Positions 20,307 to 29,101 of a DNA stretch of 64,000 nt are shown piece after piece. Both the position numbers and the translations under genes were made by a program. Positions within the stretch are counted from its first letter, which is position 1. The number at the start of each line of letters is the position of its first letter. Location: the IMG/VR virus record IMGVR_UViG_3300043427_001796. One strand, given 5' to 3'. The notes beneath the pieces are model-generated. The model was not told where the DNA came from. It worked only from the letters and a program-made list of their open reading frames with translations, and made no database searches. Origin of the DNA: a virus.

Positions 20307-20338
20307 AACCTCCAATTCACCAAATAATGATGTATTAT
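20281..20338 (+). promoter_or_regulatory. early promoter cassette 2
   Basis: GTGGCAG-N8-CTGGCAC; TATTAT at the conserved distance. Confidence 0.75.
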
Positions 20339-20359
20339 TGATTTATTGATGCAATTTAC

Positions 20360-20656
20360 ATGAGTAAAGTTACACTACCTAAGGCACCAGATGGATACAA
20401 ATTTGTTGTTCAGCGGGATTTTGATGCTAAGCATCATGCTATCTGGTTACATCATTCTTTTCCGTATAGTTACACAACTGAAGAAGTAAAGACTATCTGG
20501 GGATTTCTTCGCAAGAAGGATATGAAGATTGTATCCCCAGTCAATGCTAAGAAACCCGGTAAACTTGCTGAATTTGTAACACCATATTCTGCCATGCCGC
20601 CGCCGCAGGGTGCCAGTTGTTTTAGTGTCACACACCTCGTCGTCAGCACCACCTGA
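20360..20656 (+). CDS. hypothetical cyanophage protein
   Basis: IWL.H...TIWGF...PVNAKKPGK...TPYSAM. Confidence 0.75.
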   Translation: MSKVTLPKAPDGYKFVVQRDFDAKHHAIWLHHSFPYSYTTEEVKTIWGFLRKKDMKIVSPVNAKKPGKLAEFVTPYSAMPPPQGASCFSVTHLVVSTT

Positions 20657-20667
20657 GACCCTATAAT
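20610..20667 (+). promoter_or_regulatory. early promoter cassette 3
   Basis: GTGCCAG-N8-GTGTCAC; TATAAT. Confidence 0.85.
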
Positions 20668-20689
20668 AAAGAGATCAAGAGGACAGACC

Positions 20690-21124
20690 ATGACCAGCGC
20701 CACCTTCGATCAATTTGTTGCTCAGCAAGACGCTAAGAATACCATTCAATTGAATGTTACTAAGTGGACTTGGGAACTATGTGAGGCACTGCGTCAGAAC
20801 TTTATTGATTACTCTATTCGGTCTCACGCACTTCGCACATCTGATGTGGAGTATCATGATGCCTGTATTGCTGAATTGAGGCAAGGTAAGTGTAACTATG
20901 ACTTCACTTTTGAGTCGGGTCGTAAGTATCACAAGATCATCATGACTGCGGATGGTTCCCGTTCTGTTCACGCATTTGTGGACAAGAAGACTGGTGAAGT
21001 CTATAAATCTGCCTCCTGGCAGTCTCCTGCTAAGGGTGTTCGTTACGATCTCCGCGTCATTAGTGAGCGTGAATGGTTGTTTGAGAATGCTGACTGGGCA
21101 GGTTCTTATCTGTATGCCCGTTGA
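20690..21124 (+). CDS. conserved hypothetical phage protein
   Basis: SD GAGGA; GRKYHKI...VHAFVDKKTGEVYK.ASW..PAKGVRY. Confidence 0.85.
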   Translation: MTSATFDQFVAQQDAKNTIQLNVTKWTWELCEALRQNFIDYSIRSHALRTSDVEYHDACIAELRQGKCNYDFTFESGRKYHKIIMTADGSRSVHAFVDKKTGEVYKSASWQSPAKGVRYDLRVISEREWLFENADWAGSYLYAR

Positions 21125-21149
21125 CAAGCGGAGATTTCTCTGCTAAATT
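21121..21149 (+). promoter_or_regulatory. sigma70-like promoter TTGACA-17-TAAATT (no palindrome)
   Basis: Consensus -35, 17-nt spacer, TGC-extended -10. Confidence 0.7.
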
Positions 21150-21168
21150 ATAGTAATCCTTCATTCCG

Positions 21169-21423
21169 GTGTTCAAAATGCTTCACGAAGACGATCTCTA
21201 CATTGTTATTGGTCCTCTCGGTATTGCTGTAAGTCTTGATCACACTGGTGGTGTCTATCAGATGCCTATGTGTCAAGATGGCACTCCCGATTGGGATAGT
21301 GAATGGGATATTGAGTGGGATGAGCTAAATCCTACTGAATATGCTCTGTATAAGACCGCATACGATTGTCTGGTTCGTATGTATGAACTCTCTGTAAAAC
21401 CTAACGTGGTATTTGTCAAATGA
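21169..21423 (+). CDS. hypothetical protein
   Basis: ORF track. Confidence 0.7.
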   Translation: MFKMLHEDDLYIVIGPLGIAVSLDHTGGVYQMPMCQDGTPDWDSEWDIEWDELNPTEYALYKTAYDCLVRMYELSVKPNVVFVK

Positions 21424-21665
21424 AAGCACAAAAACTCTCTCAATTTGTAGTGTCTGATCTCCGTCAATGGATGGAGGTTAATTACGACAACATGAGTGTT
21501 CGCCCCAAGGATACTACTTCTACGCGAGAGAAGAAAGTCTTCTGGATCTATCATCACAAGTTTCCCCTGGAGTTTGTGAACGCGATTCAAGAGAAACTTG
21601 ACGGATACAAGTTAGTATCCTATGATCACCTTAACAACAAACTGGAGTGTACACCCATTGAGTAA
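21420..21665 (+). CDS. hypothetical protein
   Basis: ATGA overlap. Confidence 0.7.
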   Translation: MKAQKLSQFVVSDLRQWMEVNYDNMSVRPKDTTSTREKKVFWIYHHKFPLEFVNAIQEKLDGYKLVSYDHLNNKLECTPIE

Positions 21666-21903
21666 AGCACAGAAATTATCAGATCAAGTTGAGACTATCA
21701 TGAAGAATCGTGAGCGTAGGTTCATGTATCTGATTCGTAATGGTCGTAATGATGATGCCATTGCTGTAGGCGATGAGTTCATGGAATGGTTGAATCCTGA
21801 TGTAGAAGATCCCATTGTGTGGTATGATGAGGATGAACTGGTAGATCTGTACGAACAACTCAAGAAAGAACAGAAGCGTCGTCGTAGAGGTAAAAGTCAA
21901 TGA
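21658..21903 (+). CDS. hypothetical protein
   Basis: Probable TTG start after GGAG. Confidence 0.65.
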   Translation: MSKAQKLSDQVETIMKNRERRFMYLIRNGRNDDAIAVGDEFMEWLNPDVEDPIVWYDEDELVDLYEQLKKEQKRRRRGKSQ

Positions 21904-22190
21904 AACTCATTAAATTTAATCACCGCTATGATTATGGTCATGACTGGTTTGTTCAAATTTTGAACACTGGTAGACATGTTCCTAGTCCATTCAAAGATTG
22001 GTCACTGATTCAACTATCAGTAAGTTGGAATGATTATGCTTCATGGCCCTATATTCAGATCAAATCTGGAACTGGAACTCTCTTCAGTGTAATGTTTTGG
22101 TGCTACAAATTTGGCATTGACATTGGATTCTTTGAACGCACTTGGAACTTTGATTATTTGGAGAATGTAAATGATGAAAGCGAAGACTAG
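21900..22190 (+). CDS. hypothetical protein (Trp-rich)
   Basis: ATGA overlap, SD GAGG. Confidence 0.7.
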   Translation: MKLIKFNHRYDYGHDWFVQILNTGRHVPSPFKDWSLIQLSVSWNDYASWPYIQIKSGTGTLFSVMFWCYKFGIDIGFFERTWNFDYLENVNDESED

Positions 22191-22353
22191 AGTAATTCTT
22201 GAGGAAGCACTTGAAGAAGGTATCCGCATTGGATATCGTAGATCATTCAAGCATACTGATACTCCAGAAGAACATTGGGTGATAGAAAACATCCAGAATG
22301 AGATTATGAATTGTATTGATTTGCGTTTTGATTTTGAGGAGAACTATCAATGA
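22171..22353 (+). CDS. hypothetical protein
   Basis: SD GGAG. Confidence 0.7.
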   Translation: MMKAKTRVILEEALEEGIRIGYRRSFKHTDTPEEHWVIENIQNEIMNCIDLRFDFEENYQ

Positions 22354-22643
22354 GCGGCGGGCACTTTGGAAATTATGACTACTACAAAGTAGATCAGTTT
22401 GCTGATGAGTTGGAAGTAGAGATTGAGAATAATGGTAAAGCAAAAGATGATAGTGGATACTATGGTGAGAAATGGTATCCTAGCCATGATCCTGATGTGA
22501 TTGATGTGTTGCGAGAGCAAATCCCCAAACTGCGTAAGATGGCAACGATTATGAGAGACATTGATTATCTCTATAGTGGTGACATTGGCGATGATGGTTT
22601 CCTGCTGCGTATGAAAGAAACTGAGGTGAAGTATGACTTTTGA
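22350..22643 (+). CDS. conserved hypothetical phage protein (MSGGHF...IDYLYSGD.G.D.F)
   Basis: SD GAGGAG, ATGA overlap. Confidence 0.8.
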   Translation: MSGGHFGNYDYYKVDQFADELEVEIENNGKAKDDSGYYGEKWYPSHDPDVIDVLREQIPKLRKMATIMRDIDYLYSGDIGDDGFLLRMKETEVKYDF

Positions 22644-23298
22644 CATGCCTTGGGTTAATCTAACTCAAAAAGAAATCAATGAACTTCGTAATAAGAAGTT
22701 TGAACTTACTGAATATGGTAAAGACAAATTGAGAGAACTTATGAACAATCAAGAACCATATCCTGATGCTATGTTTGAAGAAGCAATGTCTGATCAAGTA
22801 ATGAAAACTGCTCTAGAAGGTATTCATCAGTATGATGGAGCACTGAAAGAACTTGCTGCTTCCGAGAAAGAAGAGTTGTATGAACAACTTGAAGCACTAA
22901 AGAAAGAGAACTTTCAAAAGGTTGCTGAGTGTTGTATAGAAGAATACAATCAAAAGTATGGTGATCATAAAGAAGATCCATATTGGGTCTATATGATTTC
23001 TGAATACTTTGCTACTGGTGAAGGACAAACTATTTGTCTAATGATCACACAAGGACTACCATATGGCAATGACTTTGGACCTGATGACAATTACAATCCA
23101 GTTACCACAAAACAATATCGTGCTGTGAGGGAGTTTCATGAAAAGTTTGGGACATGGCATTTACATGGTCTTCGCTTTCTATCTAAAGAAGCATTCTATA
23201 CTGAGTGTGCTTATTTCATCCCACCTGTGATGATGAAACTCTCCAATGCCAAGTGCTATAAAAACTTCTATAGTCAAGTTCATTATAACTTTGGATAA
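22633..23298 (+). CDS. hypothetical protein (apparent multi-module fusion)
   Basis: SD GAGGTG; ORF track. Confidence 0.75.
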   Translation: MTFDMPWVNLTQKEINELRNKKFELTEYGKDKLRELMNNQEPYPDAMFEEAMSDQVMKTALEGIHQYDGALKELAASEKEELYEQLEALKKENFQKVAECCIEEYNQKYGDHKEDPYWVYMISEYFATGEGQTICLMITQGLPYGNDFGPDDNYNPVTTKQYRAVREFHEKFGTWHLHGLRFLSKEAFYTECAYFIPPVMMKLSNAKCYKNFYSQVHYNFG

Positions 23299-23304
23299 TT
23301 AAAA

Positions 23305-23868
23305 ATGAAAGACAATCTACCTGACACCACAATCAAACCTATTGATCTTTCACCTGGACGCCACGAGGGACGAGGAGTGCAAGTAGAAGTTTACGAACTT
23401 TCAGATTGTTATAAAAAAATATGGAAATTTTTGCCCGAAATTCCTGATTTTCAAATAGAGCAAGGATTATCACATCATGTTGAAATTATGAAAATAGTTA
23501 ATCCTGATTATATAAAAAGATATGGTTGGGATAAGGATGAAAAAACTGTCTGGATGGAACTTAAAAAAATATCAGGAGATACTGCTGATAAGTTCCCCCA
23601 CACTCCCGAATTTATAAAAAAAGTATATCAATTTTGTTTAGATAATATTAAACAGACTTTTCCTTATGCTCATCAAGATTGGCACTTGGATAATATTATA
23701 GTTGATGGTGATAACATGTCTATGGTAGATTGGGATAATGTAGATTTATATAGCTATCATGAATCAGTAAATAGACTACATGATAATCTTCGCAATTCTG
23801 AACGTGGATTCGGGGAAAAATTTGAACAATACTTACGATCAGAATTACCCGATTCTGAACAATCATGA
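23305..23868 (+). CDS. protein-kinase-like (PKL/APH-fold) protein
   Basis: KK (ATP lysine), ME...I.G hinge, HQDWHLDNII catalytic loop, VDWD metal loop. Confidence 0.7.
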   Translation: MKDNLPDTTIKPIDLSPGRHEGRGVQVEVYELSDCYKKIWKFLPEIPDFQIEQGLSHHVEIMKIVNPDYIKRYGWDKDEKTVWMELKKISGDTADKFPHTPEFIKKVYQFCLDNIKQTFPYAHQDWHLDNIIVDGDNMSMVDWDNVDLYSYHESVNRLHDNLRNSERGFGEKFEQYLRSELPDSEQS

Positions 23869-24059
23869 CTGACAAAGAACTCTATAATCCAGACGAGTTT
23901 CTTCTGGATGATATTAAATCGTATCACTATGAGGTGATGGATGAAGGGCATCATGTTTGGATGGCATTCTATTTTGAGGATGGTCGCACAGGACACTTGA
24001 ATATCTTCACCAATGATGGTAAGATCAATACGAGATACGAGGAATGGAATGAGATTTGA
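23865..24059 (+). CDS. hypothetical protein
   Basis: ATGA overlap. Confidence 0.7.
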   Translation: MTDKELYNPDEFLLDDIKSYHYEVMDEGHHVWMAFYFEDGRTGHLNIFTNDGKINTRYEEWNEI

Positions 24060-24390
24060 AACTCAATCAAAGTGGCAAGACTTCCTAGATGGATTTCGTA
24101 ATGTCTTGTGTATTGTAGATTGTTATAATGATGGTGATGAATGGGGTTATGGTGAGTTCTGGGAATCCTTAAGTATTGGATGGTTTCAAGAATACATCTA
24201 TCCATATGATGATCCATACAATTTAACTATCAGTCCAGAACGCAAGTTGAGATTGTCGCAAGAACTACCAAAGATTCTACTCTCAGTAGAGGATTACAAT
24301 GAACTTGTGAGACGAATCAATGAACCACCAGATCCTGCTGTAGCAGAAAGAATAAAAGAACTGATAAATCGTAAAGCACCATGGGACTAA
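24049..24390 (+). CDS. hypothetical protein with DUF1778/TacA-like C-terminus
   Basis: ILLSVEDYNELVRRINEPPDP...IKELINRKAPWD. Confidence 0.6.
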   Translation: MRFETQSKWQDFLDGFRNVLCIVDCYNDGDEWGYGEFWESLSIGWFQEYIYPYDDPYNLTISPERKLRLSQELPKILLSVEDYNELVRRINEPPDPAVAERIKELINRKAPWD

Positions 24391-24394
24391 ACAA

Positions 24395-24580
24395 ATGAAA
24401 GAACTTCCGGACAAACGTAACCTAGACCTTATGTGGACAGTAGCAACCAGTGGAGCTTTAGAAACTGGCACACGTCCCCACCATGGATTTGCTGAGCTGC
24501 TGTATGATTATCTCACAGACGGAACACTCAACAAATACAACATCAAACTCGATGATGAGAAAAGTCCTAGTCAAACCTAA
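24395..24580 (+). CDS. hypothetical protein overlapping a degenerate promoter box
   Basis: ORF track; contains CTGGCAC and TATGAT. Confidence 0.55.
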   Translation: MKELPDKRNLDLMWTVATSGALETGTRPHHGFAELLYDYLTDGTLNKYNIKLDDEKSPSQT

Positions 24581-24767
24581 GAGTAGCAAGGCAAAGAATC
24601 GTCTTGCTAATATAATGGAAAACAATCCTGTTTGTATTGTAGAACAGGATACTGGCGGTGAGTTGTTCCTTGCATCCGAGAATCGTAAATACTTCTTTTG
24701 GGTCAGCACTCGGACTGGAACTAATCGTTTTGGTGATAAATCTGATGCACACTGGGAGATAGTATGA
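24552..24767 (+). CDS. hypothetical cyanophage protein (KPKSSKAKNRLAN)
   Basis: ORF; start re-called. Confidence 0.75.
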   Translation: MMRKVLVKPKSSKAKNRLANIMENNPVCIVEQDTGGELFLASENRKYFFWVSTRTGTNRFGDKSDAHWEIV

Positions 24768-24937
24768 TTGATTGTAAAGAAACACAAGATGGTTTTGAAA
24801 TTACATGGGATCCTGATGATCCTGTGGAGTCTGTGTTCAATACCTGGACCGAACAAGACTTTATAAATGTCATTATGGCAGAGTGTAACCGAGTAATTGA
24901 GGAACATGAGAAAAACAAAGAGCAATCTGAAAACTGA
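24764..24937 (+). CDS. small hypothetical protein (57 aa)
   Basis: Hand-translated; SD GGAG, ATGA overlap. Confidence 0.65.
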   Translation: MIDCKETQDGFEITWDPDDPVESVFNTWTEQDFINVIMAECNRVIEEHEKNKEQSEN

Positions 24938-25355
24938 AGATCTATTTCCACACTCAAACTTTGGGTATCGCCTAGAGCATAAGGATAGGAATGACAATAA
25001 GATCTGTTGGTTCTGTCATCCTACTCATGTTGGTAAGTATCTTGAAAAATACAAGATTGATGTGAGTCAGTGTAAGATTGATGTGCATCCAGATTATCCA
25101 CCACTAGAGGAAAAACAAGAGAAAGTTAAGAAACCACGCACTACAAAGAAAGACAAGGTATTTGCTGATCTTGACACCTATGTTAAGATCACTGATGTAG
25201 AAGAGAAACCAAAGCGGACACGCAAGAAGACTGCTGAGGCACCGCCAGCAGCGCCCAGGAGCGGCAGGAAGACCCCTGCTAAGACTCCTAAGCAGTCTGC
25301 TGCTGCTCCCGCTGCCAAGACCCCTACAGCGTCCCCTAGGAGCAAGAAAAAATGA
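24906..25355 (+). CDS. hypothetical protein with histone-H1-like K/A/P-rich tail
   Basis: ICWF...H..KYL domain followed by KPKRTRKK...AKTPK...KKK. Confidence 0.75.
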   Translation: MRKTKSNLKTEDLFPHSNFGYRLEHKDRNDNKICWFCHPTHVGKYLEKYKIDVSQCKIDVHPDYPPLEEKQEKVKKPRTTKKDKVFADLDTYVKITDVEEKPKRTRKKTAEAPPAAPRSGRKTPAKTPKQSAAAPAAKTPTASPRSKKK

Positions 25356-25528
25356 TTGTATCAACTGATGTGGTTCTGAATAACAAAGAGATTGCATTTA
25401 TTATTGATTTGATGTGGGCAACTGATGAGCGTATTGCTAAACAGATTGCTAACAGGCATGGCGTGAGCGATCAAGAGCTAGAGTGCCACTTGTCAAGGTG
25501 TCTGGGTGCTGCCCTATCGGGCGACTGA
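25352..25528 (+). CDS. small hypothetical protein running through promoter box 4
   Basis: Hand-translated, 58 aa. Confidence 0.55.
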   Translation: MIVSTDVVLNNKEIAFIIDLMWATDERIAKQIANRHGVSDQELECHLSRCLGAALSGD

Positions 25529-25539
25529 CCTGCTACAAT
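25483..25539 (+). promoter_or_regulatory. early promoter cassette 4
   Basis: GTGCCAC-N8-GTGTCTG; TGC-TACAAT. Confidence 0.75.
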
Positions 25540-25560
25540 TAATTCATAATCAAACAAACC

Positions 25561-25995
25561 ATGATTCAACTCAATCAAGTTTATAACTTTGAGTGCCCAG
25601 CAGCATTTGGAACTCTCTCGCAAGAGCGTGTGAATAAACTATTCACTGATGGTCGTCGTGCATCTGGTTTTCTTGAATTGCAACTTGAAGAATGGTTTCC
25701 TGAATTGATGTTTGTTGATGGCAAGGGATACGATCATGTAGATCCCAATGGTGTCAAGTATGATGCCAAATGTTTCACTAAAGGTGGTGCCAAATTCTGT
25801 GCATCCAAATATCTTGGTGTTGGTCGGTCTGTTGATATTGATGAGCATCGTGAACATTCTATGAAGATGATCTACATCTTCTGTGATGTGGTAGAATTCC
25901 CTAAGGTTCGCGTTGTATTCAAACGTGGATCTGATCTGACTCAATATACTAAGGGTTCTATTCCATTTGGTGATCGTAATGCTCTATTTGCTTGA
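25561..25995 (+). CDS. putative PD-(D/E)xK endonuclease
   Basis: E...GYD...YDAK catalytic-like pattern; overlaps the methyltransferase gene. Confidence 0.55.
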   Translation: MIQLNQVYNFECPAAFGTLSQERVNKLFTDGRRASGFLELQLEEWFPELMFVDGKGYDHVDPNGVKYDAKCFTKGGAKFCASKYLGVGRSVDIDEHREHSMKMIYIFCDVVEFPKVRVVFKRGSDLTQYTKGSIPFGDRNALFA

Positions 25996-26758
25996 TTGTT
26001 TGACTGGTATGAAGCAATTGGAGAACGAGAGTGTTGATGCTATCATCACCTCTCCTCCATATAATCTTAATATCAAATATGGTAAATATTCTGATGACAA
26101 ACCACGCCAAGAGTATATTGATTGGTTGGTAGAGATATTTCGTGAAGGTAAGCGTGTGCTCAAGGATAATGGGCATTTGTTTGTGAACATGGGATATTCT
26201 AATGTTGATCCATGGGTGGGCATGGAGGTCGGTCTTGCACTCAGAAATGATTGGATTTTGCAAAATCACATTAACTGGGTGAAATCTATTCATGTAAATG
26301 ACAAGACAAGCGGACATTTCAAACCAATTAATAGTAAAAGATTTCTATGTCCTACATGGGAGCATCTCTTTCACTTCACAAAAGATGGTAATGTAAATGT
26401 AGATCGTCTTGCAGTTGGTGTTAAGTATGAATACTACGAAGCAAACATTCGTGGTAAGAATACTATTGACACCAAACCAAATTTGAGAGACAAGGGCAAT
26501 TGCTGGTTTATACCATACGAAACTATTAATAGTAAAGAACTCAGAGGCAAGCATCCAGCTACATTTCCAGTTAAATTGGTTGCGGATTGTATTAAACTGA
26601 CTGGTATTGAGAATGGTATAGTTCTTGATCCATTCATGGGCACAGGGACTACAGCAGTTGCCGCAATTAATCTTGATTGGGATTATATTGGTTACGATAT
26701 TGATGCAGACTATATTGATTATGCCAGGCAGCGGATCGAGGCGTGTGCCACCTCATGA
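25979..26758 (+). CDS. DNA methyltransferase, N4-C/N6-A beta class
   Basis: TSPPYN motif IV, HPATFP, DPFMGTGTT motif I. Confidence 0.93.
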   Translation: MLYLLDCLTGMKQLENESVDAIITSPPYNLNIKYGKYSDDKPRQEYIDWLVEIFREGKRVLKDNGHLFVNMGYSNVDPWVGMEVGLALRNDWILQNHINWVKSIHVNDKTSGHFKPINSKRFLCPTWEHLFHFTKDGNVNVDRLAVGVKYEYYEANIRGKNTIDTKPNLRDKGNCWFIPYETINSKELRGKHPATFPVKLVADCIKLTGIENGIVLDPFMGTGTTAVAAINLDWDYIGYDIDADYIDYARQRIEACATS

Positions 26759-26801
26759 GCTGTCCACCATTCTCCCCACTGCCCACCAGATGCCCTATAC
26801 T
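26745..26801 (+). promoter_or_regulatory. early promoter cassette 5
   Basis: GTGCCAC-N8-CTGTCCAC-CATTCTCCCC; TATACT. Confidence 0.85.
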
Positions 26802-26828
26802 GATTACATCAGCGAAAGACACGCACTC

Positions 26829-27101
26829 ATGACTGACTACCTGCTCATCACTTTCGGTCCTGCTGAGGATGTAGAGCGTAACGGATGGTATAACTGCAAA
26901 GAGCGTTTCAACTCCAAACGTGCTGCTATTCGTAAAGGTCTTGACTCTCTCTGTATTGCTGGTTGCTTCGGTTATGTTGTGATTGAAGATGGTGAGGACT
27001 GGTGGCAGATCATTGATGAGTCTGGCACTGAGAATGCTACTATCACTGCCAAGCGTTTCACTTTCCAAGTCTCTCCTGCTCCTAAACTCCAACTGGTCTG
27101 A
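26829..27101 (+). CDS. hypothetical protein
   Basis: ATG after cassette 5. Confidence 0.75.
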   Translation: MTDYLLITFGPAEDVERNGWYNCKERFNSKRAAIRKGLDSLCIAGCFGYVVIEDGEDWWQIIDESGTENATITAKRFTFQVSPAPKLQLV

Positions 27102-27304
27102 TGACACTCTCATTCAAATCTAAAGAAGAGCATATTGCTGCTCTGTATGATGCTCTCATGCTGATTGCTGAGACATACTATGCTACTGATCTGCTAGATG
27201 GTGCGGATTTCGGACTCACAACTCCGTATCACTTTGCTAAGTCTGCGCGAGCAGCATTAGATTCTATTGCTAAACAACAAGATGGACAACAAGAAACTGC
27301 TTAA
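27101..27304 (+). CDS. hypothetical protein
   Basis: TGATG overlap. Confidence 0.7.
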   Translation: MTLSFKSKEEHIAALYDALMLIAETYYATDLLDGADFGLTTPYHFAKSARAALDSIAKQQDGQQETA

Positions 27305-27494
27305 GAAACTGGAGAATGCTTACACCTCATGTTTTGATTGTGGTGCTGAGTATGGTGTGTATTCTGTAGGATGCTCATCTGTGTGGAATGGTAAATGTGA
27401 TGTCTGTGGTGAGACCAAACCTATCACAGAATCGCGTGACTTTGGATATTTTATTACTGGTATTCGTAAACTCAAACTGGAGATGAACAAATGA
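27282..27494 (+). CDS. small zinc-ribbon protein
   Basis: CFDC...CDVC, RDFGY. Confidence 0.7.
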   Translation: MDNKKLLKKLENAYTSCFDCGAEYGVYSVGCSSVWNGKCDVCGETKPITESRDFGYFITGIRKLKLEMNK

Positions 27495-27898
27495 AACAAC
27501 AAAACGGATTTATTGACCCTGCCATTGCTCTCATTGCTGTTGGTGTTGTGGTAGTTGGTGGTCTCATCTTTATTGGTGGTCCACAATATAATGTGTGGCA
27601 ACAATCGCTTGCTGGTAAGGCAGAACTTCAGAAAGCAGAGTATACTCGTCAGGTAGCAGTGTTGGAAGCACAAGCAAAGAAAGATAGTGCTCAACAACTA
27701 GCTGATGCTGAGATCATTCGTGCTACTGGTGTTGCTAAAGCAAACCAGATCATTGGTGATAGTCTGAAGGACAATCGTGAGTATCTTCAGTATCTGTATA
27801 TCACTGGACTTGAAGAGGGTGCTAACAAAGGTAACGTGACCATCTACGTTCCTACCGAGGGTGGTATGCCTGTGCCCACACTTCAGATGAATAAGTAA
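27491..27898 (+). CDS. membrane-anchored coiled-coil protein (SPFH/band-7 C-terminal-like)
   Basis: N-terminal TM helix, AE..R/EA.A heptads, IYVPTE. Confidence 0.75.
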   Translation: MKQQNGFIDPAIALIAVGVVVVGGLIFIGGPQYNVWQQSLAGKAELQKAEYTRQVAVLEAQAKKDSAQQLADAEIIRATGVAKANQIIGDSLKDNREYLQYLYITGLEEGANKGNVTIYVPTEGGMPVPTLQMNK

Positions 27899-27916
27899 CA
27901 CTAATTGATTATGGGG

Positions 27917-27945
27917 TTGCCAGATCCCCTCAAAACTGGTATGAT
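27917..27945 (+). promoter_or_regulatory. sigma70-like promoter TTGCCA-17-TATGAT
   Basis: Extended -10 TGG-TATGAT. Confidence 0.65.
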
Positions 27946-28008
27946 AACCATATCAGAGAAAGTGATTGGCACTTGATCTGATGTTCATAACACATTGAAT
28001 TAACTATC

Positions 28009-29016
28009 ATGAAACAAAAACTTAAAGTCAAGGACTTCACCTACAAATTTGTAGCAACTCCTGGTATCTCCGCTGCCCTTGGTGGTAGATCTGAGGAACG
28101 GGGTGGTGGTGGATCTGGTCGGGCATCTATCACACTTGCTGATATCTATACTGGACAAACTGAAACCAATCCTGGTCGTGTTCATGGCGCATTGCGTAAG
28201 AATGTGTCTAAGATTGAGAACTCTTTGCGTGATCGTGGTGTTGATTACTCTCTTCCCGTTCCTGTAGTTGAACGATTGAAAGATCCCATTGTTGCTAATG
28301 GCAGGAAGTATTACTATCGTTTGATTGATGGTATGAATCGCTTCAAGGCATTTCTCAACATCGGATACACTGAATGGGTATTTGATGTAGTCAACATCGG
28401 TGTGAATGGTGTGAGTCGTGAGTATGCCCTAGAGACATTTGCTCAGATTCGTAATGATCATGCTCCCAGTGAAGCACATAGCGTGGAAGATGTTCATGCT
28501 TCTGCGACTCGTTTGATTGGATCTGGTGATCTAGAAGATAACGAAGATTCTATCCGTGAATGGGTGTATTTGGTATGCCAGAACATGCCCACACAGACTA
28601 AGAATCAGATTGTGGCAGAGATCATCAAGAACAACGATATTCCTACTGCTACGATTAGCTGGACTGATAAGAGTGCTACTGCTTGGGCACAGCAACCTGA
28701 TACGAATTTGCCTGTAGAACCAGATTACTTTTTCCCTGGTCATTACTTCCAAGATCGTATCTACTCTCTCATGAAGCAATATTCTGATACTAAGAAAGTC
28801 CAGAATGTTTATCTTCATGTTGATGGCAAAGATGAGAAGTCTATCGTGAAGCAACGAGAGGATACTATGGACAAATTTGATAACTTTGAACAGATCGTTC
28901 GTGATGTTGCTGGTTATCTTTTTGTGAATGGTAGTCTTCCCTTTAACTTCATTGGTTTTGCTCCGCAGATCAATGATAAAGAGGATCCCACTACTTGCGT
29001 TCCTATTGCCTCATGA
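28009..29016 (+). CDS. ParB/sulfiredoxin-like N-terminal domain protein
   Basis: NPGR...SL...G....PVV...YRLIDGMNRFKA. Confidence 0.7.
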   Translation: MKQKLKVKDFTYKFVATPGISAALGGRSEERGGGGSGRASITLADIYTGQTETNPGRVHGALRKNVSKIENSLRDRGVDYSLPVPVVERLKDPIVANGRKYYYRLIDGMNRFKAFLNIGYTEWVFDVVNIGVNGVSREYALETFAQIRNDHAPSEAHSVEDVHASATRLIGSGDLEDNEDSIREWVYLVCQNMPTQTKNQIVAEIIKNNDIPTATISWTDKSATAWAQQPDTNLPVEPDYFFPGHYFQDRIYSLMKQYSDTKKVQNVYLHVDGKDEKSIVKQREDTMDKFDNFEQIVRDVAGYLFVNGSLPFNFIGFAPQINDKEDPTTCVPIAS

Positions 29017-29017
29017 T

Positions 29018-29075
29018 GTGCCACTAGGCAAGCTGTCCACCTCACCCCCCGGTGGGGTGGATTCTCCTGTATATT
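29018..29075 (+). promoter_or_regulatory. early promoter cassette 6 with internal stem-loop
   Basis: GTGCCAC-N8-CTGTCCAC; hairpin 29036-29061; TATATT. Confidence 0.8.
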
Positions 29076-29101
29076 ACATAGGTAATCAAGGAAACGCCCC
29101 G

